Below are positions 46,147 through 58,016 of a stretch of 64,000 nt of DNA, one piece after another (position 1 is the stretch's first letter; the number at the start of each line of letters is the position of its first letter). Below the pieces are notes generated by a model. It saw only the letters and a list, made by a program, of their open reading frames with translations, searched no databases and was not told the DNA's origin. The stretch lies in assembly GCA_051294905.1 (NCBI GenBank), contig CM119383.1, positions 18,538,001 to 18,602,000 on the forward strand, written 5' to 3'. A program made the position numbers and the translations under genes. The stretch is from Botryllus schlosseri. Lineage: Eukaryota.

Positions 46147-47043
46147 ATTCATTCATGAAATATTGTGTCATTACACAACACTCAATTACAATAGTATTTT
46201 GATCACAATCTACTATATCTCTGGGTTCGATTGTACTGGTGTTTTAAGCTTTTTATTCATTCGTATGTACCGTGTCTCACAGACCATAGATCTGATTTAC
46301 CACGAATCCTAAACTTCTATCCCGTTAGGGTGAAGGGTCCCGACACTAACATACGGCGTGGTCGGTTATAACGCCTTACTGTACGAGACGCTACAACATA
46401 GATCATTATAAACACTCATTGTAACAGGTTTGACTTTGTCGAGAACAGTGTGACGTTAGTGTAGGTAGGGGTATTTATTTTAGTAACTTAGGACACTGAA
46501 CAACGTGTCAAGGACCAGTAATTTCCTGATTTAATGTCGTTTACACATACACCCTATTTATCCCTACTGGACCCAGCTAATTGCATATATGGTAGTTAGT
46601 CACAAGTCTCACTTAGTCAAACCCTGCTATCGTCATGCACTATTAATAATAGTTTACATCAATACGGTTAACACAAAACAAACAAATGTATACTTAATCA
46701 TGTATCACTCGATTAAACGGCGACCCAAATATGTGTGTGAACAACAATACACATACCAGTACATAACGCAATGATTCAATACGTAGTAATATGACCTCAC
46801 CCCAGTCAACTACAAATGCAATTTTGCAGCGACAACTTACCATTCACATAATAAATATCCATTAACTCTAAACTATGTTCAGGGCATGAAAATGTTAGCG
46901 CCATTTAAAGCAACCTGATAGTAACTATCAAGAACATAGTGACTATAGTATTTGAACATAATAAAGCGAATTAGCTTCACTGCACAGTACTATACTTTGA
47001 TATCAGTCCACTAGACAGAAATACGTTTGTCTTGCCTGCACCG

Positions 47044-48082
47044 TCAAGCTCCATACACTTTGATCTTTTGCGATATTTTCCCATTGTAGAATATGCAGCG
47101 CTCAGCATCGGGCGAACATTCTTGACACAGGCCCAGATGTCCACAGGGGATCAGGGTAACTTCACTCCTATTATTCTTGCATTGTTTGCAAAGTATGGTT
47201 TCTTGTATAACCATCAGATTCTCAGCAATTTCTTCAACATATGCTATTTCTAATATTGATGGCGTCCCCATTCTGTTTCTAGCATAAACAGAGTTGCCCA
47301 GTCTACTCTTTGACTGTTGCGCAGTTTGTGTATTTGAATCGACTGGCACTATATCGAGTAGTATCAAAGGGTCTTTTACGACATCGTTCACAGTGAAATG
47401 AATATTTCATCGTCTGCTGGTGGCTCTTTTCTGTGTGACTTCTGCTAAATCTCATCTTGTCCAACTGCATCCTCTCAGCATCTTCCTCTGACAATCTGGT
47501 TCGAGCGACGCGTATTTGCGTTCCAGTTCGGCGATTGCAAGGTGAAATATAGGTGCCGTTTTGTCCGGGAGAACCGCGATATCGTGGAGTGGTGATTCCA
47601 TCTTCTTGTATAACTCGTTGTCCTCTCGGTACATTAGTGCTTGACGGAGCCGGCTTTCGACAAATTCGTGCGGAATGAATTAATATGTCCGTCATCGCTT
47701 TATACGATAGCTTAACTACACGGGTGTGTAGAATATCTTGATATCGTATTTGATCTGTCTTATCATTTCGAAAATGAGAATGACACTTGTACTTCATGAC
47801 GCAATTTATGCCTACGTCTATAGCACAAAATTTAACTCGGTAAAATGACATTGTCCCAAATCTTATACAGATATCGATATAACAAACGGTTGACACACCC
47901 GCTTCGTAAAACGCATGTGCCGACAGGGCGGACCTATGACTAACGTGGTTATTGATCATCGACACATCTGTTTCGGAAAACAAATGTGTGGATGGGGCCA
48001 ATTTATTTGCCATTTTCAAGTTCATGTTATTTGAAGTACACTTTCCTATGTGTTCTAGGGTCTTTTCTAACCTAATTACCAT
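47044..48082 (-). pseudogene. Intronless gene remnant ending in an IAP/MDM2-type C3HC4 RING finger
   Basis: C-terminus CKQCKNNRSEVTLIPCGHLGLCQECSPDAERCIFYNGKISQKIKVY, with the last Cys replaced by Tyr. The frame extends upstream through two TGA stops to about 47680, with a probable frameshift to ORF 47303-48082. Confidence 0.7.
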
Positions 48083-48198
48083 ACTATTTTATTCCGATTA
48101 TATATACATCACTATTACTACACATATAGGCTATCATATATATCTATTTATTCAGGTTATATATTATTTCTTCATTAAACATAGTTTAATTAAACCAG

Positions 48199-48363
48199 AT
48201 AGGGATGCCAATTCATTGAGTGTATCCTAAGACTTTATCAGTCAGCCCTATCGATTTAGTTTTCAAGGCTTCTCTGAAAAATCTATCATTTCCAGTCCTG
48301 TGCCTATTAATTTAGTCTTCCAGGCTTCTCTGGATAATCTAGCATTTCCAGTCCTGTGCCTAT
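48199..48363. repeat. Module with two tandem 56-bp cores; related copy at 50299-50400
   Basis: Core CCTATyrATTTAGTyTTCmAGGCTTCTCTGrAwAATCTAkCATTTCCAGTCCTGTG at 48247-48302 and 48303-48358, preceded by AGGGATGCCAA. Confidence 0.85.
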
Positions 48364-50298
48364 CACTCGTGGGTAAGTTATACTTTTGTTTCCAATAGCG
48401 GAGTCTTAAATTAGCCTCGCCGGCCAATATGCCCCCTAAGTACTCTGATAACGTGTGTGTCGTCATTTAGAACTTTAATGATTTCAGTCCTTGATCTAGG
48501 AACTTTTCTTTTTGGGGTATCCAGACTGAGTGCTCTGTTTCAGGTTCTTCGCAGCGTAATCCTAGACACATGTTACTACTCCTAACTACTTAGTAATTTT
48601 TATATATTAACCTTAAATTTTACAAAAATAGTTTTCAAATCACATGTTCCATGAAACAGTACTTGTACGTCAGAAGCGGGATCCGCTTTCAGGCTCCAAA
48701 CCCATGTCTAAATCCGACCTCGACTTCGTGCTTGGATTCAACCTTGTATTTAATCTATTCACTTGATAGACAGCATGTCGTACCCCCCACAAGGGCATTT
48801 TTTATTTTGTTATTTTATATTCAGGTTTTTTTTTTTTAATCATTTTAAAGTTTTTTTTTTCTTTTCATTTTTAAACACGACCTTTACTCATTTTATTAAT
48901 TTTTTCTTTGATTTTCGTCTATTTATTTTTTATACTCTTATTTACACGTGACAAATCCACTTTGCCACAAAGTTTTATTTATATTTTATCATTTTTTTTG
49001 TGGGTAAGAATATATATATATTGTAACACTTATTATCTATATACATTGACAATACATCTGTCCCTCCTTCCTCCCTATCGTGGTTGATAATGCACCGGCG
49101 ACTCACTTAACCATTGATATCGAAAAAGCGAGATTTCAGCATAATCTACTTATATACACGACCACCACATTACCAGACCCACAGCGATCTCATGTAGGCT
49201 ACTATACTTCAATCCAAAATTGTTCACCGGAATGCTTCAATGTCAACGGCCCTCCTCCTCAAGGGTAAGAGTCAACCGGGATGGAATCTACTTCCAAAGT
49301 GTAGGGAGGTGCATTAGGGTGGGAACAACCTGAGACTTACCCAAACTGTACCCATATATACATAATTACAATTACACTCTACTTCAGGCTGAGTGCTGAC
49401 CCTAACGGTAAGAATACATTTGAAGAGGGATTCTATAGATATTCATGCAAATGTAATAATAAAAGATATATGTATATATACATTTTTAAAACATTAATAT
49501 AAATTATGGGATCGCGCCTGGAGTTGGTTCCGCATTCCGACACCAGGCGCTACCCCCGAGCAGCGCAAACGGTAATACCGATTCTATGCTTAGATAAGAA
49601 AATCAATGCAATAATATGAAATGCTTCATTAACATACCAATATAGCAAATAATATGAACAAGTATTTGAATAAGTCAGAACAAGAAAAAACATGAAAGAA
49701 AGAAAATGTAAATAATATTAGTAAAACTTTTAATAAGTAATAAGGGGTGATTGTTCACGGGATAGGTGGTCGTTAGAGCTGTTACTCCACTATTGCACGT
49801 TATTCTACTTCTTTCGACGATATTCAAGAACGGGATTGTTGTCTGCCACAGGCATACCGAGTTTACCAACTTTTGCGATACTTAAGTGAAATTTTACCAC
49901 GATGCACGCCAAGTGTCGCATTTACAACAACCTCTATAGGACTAATACATTACATAGCCGGTCACAAAACAATTGATAACGAAACAAAACATGTTCTATT
50001 TTATGTAATATCCGTATTACATATACAGTGGAAAACTGCTCAGCCTTACGTCCAAGTAGATGGAAACAACTTCGCTCCTAGGATGTTAGCTAGGAGTCTC
50101 TTGACGTATTAAATTGCGAATCGATAATATTTTCTTCTGGATAATAGCGAGTGCTCGGAATATATGAATGCAGCAATCATTAATAATCCGTGACAAAATA
50201 AATACAGGAATACAGTTTCTCTAATTTAAGCTATTCTCAAATTTCTACTGCAACCGACTCATTCATCTGTTTCTTCTTAGTTTAGTTTAGACTAGAAT

Positions 50299-50400
50299 AG
50301 GGATGCCAAATAATTAAGTTTGTCCTAAGTCCCCATTAGCCGACCCTATTAATTTAGTTTTCCAGGCTTCTCTGAAAATCTAGCATTTTTCAGTCCTGTT
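50299..50400. repeat. Second copy of the AGGGATGCCAA + 56-bp core module
   Basis: Colinear with 48199-48302; lies 46 nt after the stop of ORF 50446-51405. Confidence 0.85.
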
Positions 50401-50445
50401 ATCGGGCAACCAGTTTTAGGAGACTACACAATAATTAGCCAAGTG

Positions 50446-51405
50446 TCATTCAATTTCTACTTTGGTTGATTTCGATTCCTTTATACGAAACCAGCGGTTA
50501 TATATACGTCTTAACCCGGCTTCTACATCGGGGATGAGATCATCCCTCCAGGAGTCCAATTTTAGCAACTCCTCAAAAACAATATTTCCAAGGGCAATAT
50601 CATAATCGATCCTACCACGCCCTTCCAATAGGTATTCGTCCTGGACCTGCGCCAGCTTGCCAGGTGTATTCAAATTGGGTGCCAGGCAACACCATATCAT
50701 AATGGGATAGATAGTGAAAACCAAGCATTTTGCTATATTAATTCCCATGATAGTCTTTTCTGCCTCATAGGAATATCGGAACTTCCCCCCACCCCACTTT
50801 ACTTTGAGAGCTTTACCCGTCATTTCTAACATGTCATTCACAACCTTTGGACATTCGTTATGTAAGTCGTCCCCAACGGTCAAACAGCAGTACAAATGAA
50901 TCATTTCTCTACATATCTCTCTCACGTGATATATATTATTAAAAAATACAAGAGGTGATATTCCAATTCTTCCATTATTGTTTTTTGAGTACCAAGTATT
51001 TGCTGTCTCCCAACAGGGCATTAGTTCATCAAAAATTCCGTACCTCTCTTGGAACAAGTAAACTTGTTCCTGGAAAGCCAGCGCAATTTGCTCCGCCTCG
51101 TCATTCACCAGTTCAGTACTTCGTTCAGGATATTCCCGATTTTTGTCGTCGTTCTGGAGTGTACGTTCCCTTTTGCGTATTTGATAAATTTCACCACCGG
51201 CGCCGTCTCTCACAGCAGTCATTCTAAGATGCTTTATTTCAAGGATCCTTTTGAATGGAACCTTTTGTTGTATAGCAAGTACGATGTCGTCTTGGATAGT
51301 TCGTGGAGTAGTTTCGGCCTGAATCCCACACAACCTGTTCAGGCGCCACCTAATTGTACGAAAGACAAGTCCCTGTGCATTCTTAAAATTACTTAGTATA
51401 ACCAA
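50446..51405 (-). CDS. 319-aa orphan ORF (possibly viral; no recognisable domain)
   Basis: Long intronless open frame with ordinary protein composition. An in-frame ATG GAG TGA lies just upstream, suggesting a nonsense-damaged start. Confidence 0.55.
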   Translation of the reverse strand: MVILSNFKNAQGLVFRTIRWRLNRLCGIQAETTPRTIQDDIVLAIQQKVPFKRILEIKHLRMTAVRDGAGGEIYQIRKRERTLQNDDKNREYPERSTELVNDEAEQIALAFQEQVYLFQERYGIFDELMPCWETANTWYSKNNNGRIGISPLVFFNNIYHVREICREMIHLYCCLTVGDDLHNECPKVVNDMLEMTGKALKVKWGGGKFRYSYEAEKTIMGINIAKCLVFTIYPIMIWCCLAPNLNTPGKLAQVQDEYLLEGRGRIDYDIALGNIVFEELLKLDSWRDDLIPDVEAGLRRIYNRWFRIKESKSTKVEIE

Positions 51406-52253
51406 ACCAAATCACTCCATCCAATTGACTCGACTCGTGTCAAAGCTGCATCGGGGAGAGGCAATATGCGATTCACATTGTTTCCCATTATTACTTAGGG
51501 TAGTGACACGATGTCTGTGCAATTATACTTGGAGACAAACAAAGTACTGAATAAACATACCATTTCAAAAACGATTGTTCCATTGTTCACAAATTTTTAT
51601 TCTGATCTGTCCGTTAGTGCATGTTATACTTTATAGCATCACCGTTCGGTCGAGAGTCCTCGACAAGGTCACAATCTTATTGAGATATTCCGTGGTATTA
51701 ATTTCAGAGTTATAATGCTTTCCTACGATTGAATCCAGTTGATTGTCTATCTCACATAACTAGAATAAATTCGAATCTAGCAAAATTACCAATTCTAACC
51801 TTTAGATTAAACCTTCAAGGTAAAGTCATAGTGCACAGAGTATCAGTGGAGATAAACGGAGGGGTGGAATATCATATACAGCAAGTAAGGGGCTCTAAGC
51901 TTTCTTTAGGGTTATTGATGGTGAATTCCCCTCTCCAGCTAGTAAACCAACTACAATGTAGTGTATACTATGTATCGCCAATAGCTGTCTTTCTCTCCAT
52001 TATCTATGTAGGCCCACAAATACTAACACTCTCTCCCCCTCAAAAATATGGAGCCTGTCCTTCGCAGGCAACGTTTTTCCGCCATTAAACTGTTTTGCCC
52101 ATAAATTATACTAACCCTTTCGAATATGGTTAACGACTAACGAGGTAGTCTAATTAGTAATAGACTACAGCATGCTATTTCAGAATCTAGAGTGGAATAT
52201 GGTGACAACACCACACAAGATTCTCTGTTTAGTTATTTCATTATTCTTCGCAG

Positions 52254-55200
52254 AAAGAAACGGACCGAGATTCCATAGGGTTCAGAAAGGTAGCTGTTGA
52301 GTGGAAACTTTTTAACACCTTCTTCTCTTTTTTTAGCTGTCTGCTGCATTTTATAGAGTAGAGGCCGTCAACGTGCCTATTGGAATATGTTACCCCACCG
52401 AATAGTGACCGAGTTGGACTACGCCAGACTTCATGGTAGGCAAGTTATTGTTGAGTCGGCGACACTACCAATAACTCCGTCAAAAAAAAAATCCGACAGA
52501 ACCTTCAGGGGTCACTTCTAGGGTCCCTAGACTCAGTATTCACCCTAGTCCAACCGAATCTGCTTTGGTACAGGAGATATTAGATTTTTTACAAAATTTT
52601 TTGGAAAGATGACTCTACATTAGCACAACAAAAATGGTTATTTTTAGTCAACTTAAAAGCTTCAAACCTAGCCCCTACAGTGAAAACATGAGATTTTAGT
52701 CATAATAGCCTGTGGGTTGTCTTGAAAAAGTATAGCCAACCTGAGAAACCCAGGGTCATACTTGGAGACAGGACTTATCAAAACCAGTCTCACCTGTCCG
52801 ACCAAAATATGTGCTGGCTAGTACAAGCTACCATCCTATACTGGGTTAGACACTAAATCTGGATGCTGGCAATCCTTGAATACAACCCTTTTTTTGGTCT
52901 GATTATGTTGTTTCTTTAGAGATATCAACCCCAGCAAAGTCAATCCATGAAAATCTACTTGCTTGGAAAACAGGGATTCAGGTAAATAATAATCATCACG
53001 GTTTTTAGTTGGTTAACTATTTAAGCATCATCCCGTGGTTGATACCCGGTGAGTTTCATATTGGTTTGGTATACCATTCAAGCAATTCCTATTTGACGTC
53101 CCAATGATGTGGACATTATCACCCAGACATACATAGTTGCCTACTTCGATTCGTAATTACCTAGCAGTGTTCTTGCTTGAAGTTGCAAGGTGCATTTTTA
53201 AACTATTGCAAAGTGACATAGCATTATACAGCTTTAATTAATGAAAATATCCAAAAATTATAACCACCTTTCGCACAATAACAATGTAATTTACCTAGGT
53301 GATCTAGGATATAAACTACTCGGTCCAGTTGTTGTTGTGTAAGGGCTCAGACTGACAGGTGATATATTGTAGAGTTTCGTACCGTGGTTTTTATAATAAA
53401 ACCCGAATCTTGCCAGTTGCGATTTCGAAATAGGTGCGAATGTTGGCCCCCAAAGCCACCAGTATTCAAATGTTCGAATTGGAACACAAAGTATGTCACA
53501 TCATTCATCAGGCAACTGTTGCGCATTGCAAAGTTCCTCTCAACTGACACCAAGTCAACCGCCGAATGATAGGCTACCGCTTTTGGCTGCTGAAATATGT
53601 GTTCATTTATTGAATGCCACAGCCATTGCGCCTGTATAAACGGCTGCCAGCCACGTCTGAGACTGTTAGTGAAAGTTGTCCAATGTTATGACCGAAACCC
53701 CATGCCAATACTTCATCTATCTTTTCATGGAGGCCAGTTAATCACCCCTATTGTCATTGTAAATTAGGATAAGTGGAGTTTTCCATGATTAGTGGCATCA
53801 GTGAACTGGTGTTATACGTATATTGATATTCTTGTATGCATATATATATATATATATGCACATACATTCCACAACTCATGTAAGCCTTTCGTTCAGACGT
53901 TCACCTGGCCGCAGTACAGAACCCCTTGACGAAGGGTGAACAGGTGGCCCCCCTTTGACAACTAAGAGTCAGACTTGGAAGGAGACTACCGGAGTGTTTC
54001 ATCTATCCATCTACAATCCAGTGCCTTAAAAAAAAATCTTTTTGTACTCCTGGTAAGTTTGGAAATAGCTCTCCCTATGCTTGTACAAAACAATGCTTTT
54101 ACTTTTTAGGAAAGGCTAGTTGGGGCAGCTTATGATGATAGTGATGGCCTTCTGACTATACATACATCTCATGCCGAACCGAGGTAATCCTGTAACTCAA
54201 ACAAATCTTTATAACTGGTCACCCTTTTTGAATAGGTAGGGACATAACGGCAGCAAAATCATCACTAGTTGGCCTGCAATTACCGCCATACTAATAATGT
54301 TGTTCATCCAACAGTAAGCATATTGTCTTTTTCGCTTGTGACCTAACATTTGTAGATACAGTGAATCCCGCCTACTGCTCTTTCATCTACTGGCATATAG
54401 GCACAGAAAAAGGTTCAACACTTCCGGAAGTTTGAATTTCAGCGGCAGTCAAACATGGAGTAGACTTAATTTTCGAAACTTCATGCTAATTAGGTCATGG
54501 TTAGTGATGTTATTGACGGTACAAAATGTCTCTATAAGCTACTCCTTGTTCTGAATGCATTATCTAATGGTATAATGAAACCATGTTTGGAATTTGAGTC
54601 AGTTTCCATACTTGAAATATTAGAGCCCAGTACTGATTAGAAGCAATCAATCAATCCTGACTCAGTTTCAGCGTAAATTTAACCTGTCTCAGTACTTAAT
54701 CAATACTTAACGGAATATAACTACGTGACTTTGCAGGTTTTCAAAGGGACGGAATCGCCAAGTGGTTATACTGGACAAAGTTCACCAAGTGTGAGATATC
54801 AGTATAGATCGCTGTTGCAGAGATGTTGCCTGGATTGCGCAGAATCCTTATGATGTCTACTGGACTGGCAGAAAGGAATTCAGGTAAATTCAAACCTAAA
54901 AATTTCCAGTGGCTTAACTATTTGGTAGTGACCACTCTTGAGATTGAGAGCTGCGTCATTAGACTAATTCCAAAAAAAATTTAACAGAAAACGTTGCAGT
55001 TTCAATCGTTCAAGAAATTATCGATGGCTACCTTATACAACACTTGTGCGATTTTTAACTAAAATGACGTAATGCCATAGCTAATATTATGCCAACACTA
55101 TAACATCTATCCAGAAAGATTAGAAATTGCTTTGTTGTTGAATCTCCTTGGGTGTTATTTCCGAAATCAGTTCTAGTTTTATAGATCGTTACCATTGTGG

Positions 55201-57941
55201 GCAACCACAACCTTCTATGCTCTGTGCCCAAAGCAGACCAGCTGGTGTCTATTTACCTATCCCTGTCATCCTAAAACACCGCATGTAATTTATCATTCAG
55301 GCGTTGGCAAGACCTCGGCCCCGATCTACACCTACTCTCGAACTAGCCTTGATGTGGGAAAGATGTGGTCATACGACATGTAAGTCGCAAGCTACGATCA
55401 TATAAAAATTACATTTCCAACTCAGACAGTTGCGCTTGATTATAACTATTGTATCTTAGTGGTAACATCCCAAACTGTAAGGAAAACCCACTACTGGAAT
55501 CTCATCCATCCACTGGTACTTGCAGCTGAAAAAGTGACCAAAAGCTGTCAAAATGAGGTAGATCAGTATATTTCAAATACAAACAGTGCTAACACCACGG
55601 CTTCAATAGTGGGATTCACAAGGCGACAACCAGAAACTTAGCAGTTGGAACAATTACATAACACAGACATACAAAAACACGACAAGCCGTCCTTACAATA
55701 TAGGCAAATGGCATTTGTTTTAGTCACCATATGAATCAGGCCTTCTGAGGTAGGTTTACACATGACAAAATTTTTTATTATTTTTTATAAGGCCACTAGT
55801 AATTCTAAGTGGACGAAAACTTTATCAATTGGCAACCTGGTTTACCAATCCAAGTCCATTGACTGGCCATTCTCTGTAGGTTGCCATTCTGAATCACTGT
55901 ATGACCAACTAGAGTTACTGTCCGAATTTGCAGACAATACCCCTTCAAATTCATTTTCAGTTTCGCTAAATATTTCAGAGTTCATGCCGGACTCTTCATC
56001 AGAGTCACTAATAACTATTGGTTGGGATAGGTTCGAGTCCAGGTCCCAATTGTCTGGGCCCGACTCTGTGCCTTCGAATTCCTCATCAGAGCTAATAACT
56101 ATTGGTTGTGACAGGTTCGATTCCCCGTCCCAGTCAGAGTCTGAATCACAGGCCGAGCCATAACTGGCTGAGTCTGAGTCTTCTAAATCGCTGATTGTAC
56201 TATCGCTTTCAGTGGGATCGTCACGTTCGAACTCTCCAGGCTGCTCAATCAAGATTTCTGGATGGAACCAAAAATTTCTTCCAATAAGGACTCCACATCT
56301 ACCTTGAGCTCGTCCTTGTCGGATTCGGTAAGTTCAGTCTGATGTTGTAGGCTCTCTGGGTCATCGGCCTTTGCCACTTTATAGAATGATTCATGGCTCG
56401 CCTCAATTCGTTCGACCTCCACTTGCCATTGTCCATAAATGATTTGATCCAGGGCAGATGCCGTAATAGTGGTTTCAGTATTTTCCATTATATTATGATG
56501 TAATATTCAATTATAGTACCTTAATTTAACAACACACAGATTAATACTCATGCCTCATACCCCAACAGTACGTGAGAAAGAAAATCAGAAAAGGCTTTCT
56601 TTTAATAGTGTCGGGCAATTAGAAACCATTTTGTACTCGTACGGGAGTAAACCGCTGTATACACTTGAACTCACCATCAGAGAGTAAGTTACACAGCGCG
56701 ACCACAACTCAATCAACCGAATTAGCCCACATTCTGTTTAGGCACTCTCATAATTCTAGCCCACAAGGGTAAGTGATGCAGCATCTATGGTATTAATACA
56801 GATCGCCAGTGATACAGCAAAAAAAAACATATTAAGGACTGTTATTGCAATTATGTTTGGCTTTCACTGTTGACCTCAGATGTTAGTACAGAAGTGTTAT
56901 CCCAATAAAGTAGAGTAGACAGACTCAAAAGGTACACTTGATTCAGAATCACAAAACTTAGTCGCGTGATAGTTATTTTTTAACTTATACCTATAATGAA
57001 CAATTAGCGACTAATGAACTAATTCCCTCGAAAACATCCCCAATTGTGACAAATTCATCGACCATACCCCCTGAGGGAGTTCTTTAGGACACCCTGTTTC
57101 CTGTTAACCAGGTATTGTTTTTTTACAGGACCTCAAGCTTCCATTCGAGGTTGCCCCTCCCATACGGTACTTCAGCTCTCCTTCCGAACCTGCCATCCAG
57201 AGAGGTATCACCAGCTCTGACTTTTTTTGTTATAGGTTACATTTCTAGTTTGGATAAATTGTGCTCCCAAATCAAATCAACATGCCCTACCGAGTAGTTC
57301 ATATACTTAAACGAATGGTATGATTCCGATAAACTTACCATCATAGATGCATGTGGTACCATGTGCAACCCTAATTACTGGGAAATACCTACAATTCTCA
57401 GGCCTCTGAATCCCTTCACTTGCAGGATGACCAGAACATTCCAACCTTCAGTGTGTCTATAAACAAATCATAGAAGCCACAATTTTTGGCTGCCTTTTTT
57501 TTTTTTTTTTGAAATGTAAACATTATGCCAATCAACTTAGCCTTCCCGGCACCGGGACACTTTCCCCACAGGTAAAAATTTTGGCCTTAACTTGGATTTG
57601 AAGTTTTCTTAGTTGAGAAGCCAGAAGGCCAAGATCCATTTACCCAGATGTCGCTGACATCAAGATAATCAAACTGTCCAATAGCCTATACATGCATGCT
57701 GTACTATCCCTGTTTGACCTATACTACGTTTTCAGACACGGCCCCAGATCCACCAGACTCAGAAAGACGCTTCCTGTCCAACGCACAGGCATTACCAAAA
57801 AAAACACAGGTAAAGTAGCTAGGTAAATAAACTTTTTTACACCTACGAAATTCATTAGAAGTTATTTACTATGGCACTCCCCCTAGGTAACTTTCATTCT
57901 GATATTAATTTTTAATGTGTTATTATTTACGTGCGGATTAG
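52254..57941 (+). pseudogene. Decayed plus-strand multi-exon gene(s) with very short introns
   Basis: Candidate GT-AG introns with T-rich acceptors: 52290-52336, 52982-53025, 54053-54109, 54184-54235, 54314-54355 (CTAAC branch site), 57572-57612, 57887-57941. Exon frames contain stops; product not recognised. Confidence 0.4.
55842..56488 (-). pseudogene. Acidic protein with two SIM-like motifs, split by a 1-nt frameshift
   Basis: ORFs 56249-56488 and 55842-56252 join if one T is restored in ATTTTTGG. The peptide SNLSQPIVIS(S/D)(D/S)(E/D)EE occurs twice. Confidence 0.6.
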
Positions 57942-58016
57942 GCCAGCAGTTCAACCGTAAGAGCATCACTGAATTCTCAACCAGGCCTGGCCAACCAGAA
58001 AATTTTCATCTTTTCA

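Larger units (their letters stand above)
38250..46351 (-). mobile_element. Intact Ortervirales-like reverse-transcribing element without integrase (PBS-ORF1-gag-pol[PR-RT-RH-Tpt1]-PPT); ends uncertain
   Basis: Uninterrupted 977-aa Gag and 1240-aa Pol ORFs, a PBS, a PPT and a frameshift signal. No host MITEs seen inside. Boundaries are estimates because there is no LTR pair. Confidence 0.85.

Noticed and set aside
38298-46356. ATACGG at 38298 and 46351 as a target-site duplication
   Set aside because: The ends it would define are not TG...CA, and a 6-bp match is expected by chance.
46037-50400. Short direct repeats as a CRISPR array
   Set aside because: Only 2-3 adjacent copies with no unique spacers and no cas genes; eukaryotic context.
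47404-51414. TGA recoding (alternative genetic code), since several interrupting stops are TGA
   Set aside because: gag and pol both terminate at TGA, and other decayed frames have TAA/TAG stops. Point mutation (CGA or TGG to TGA) explains it more simply.
55762-56163. 133-aa plus-strand ORF
   Set aside because: Antisense shadow of the acidic SIM-like ORF.
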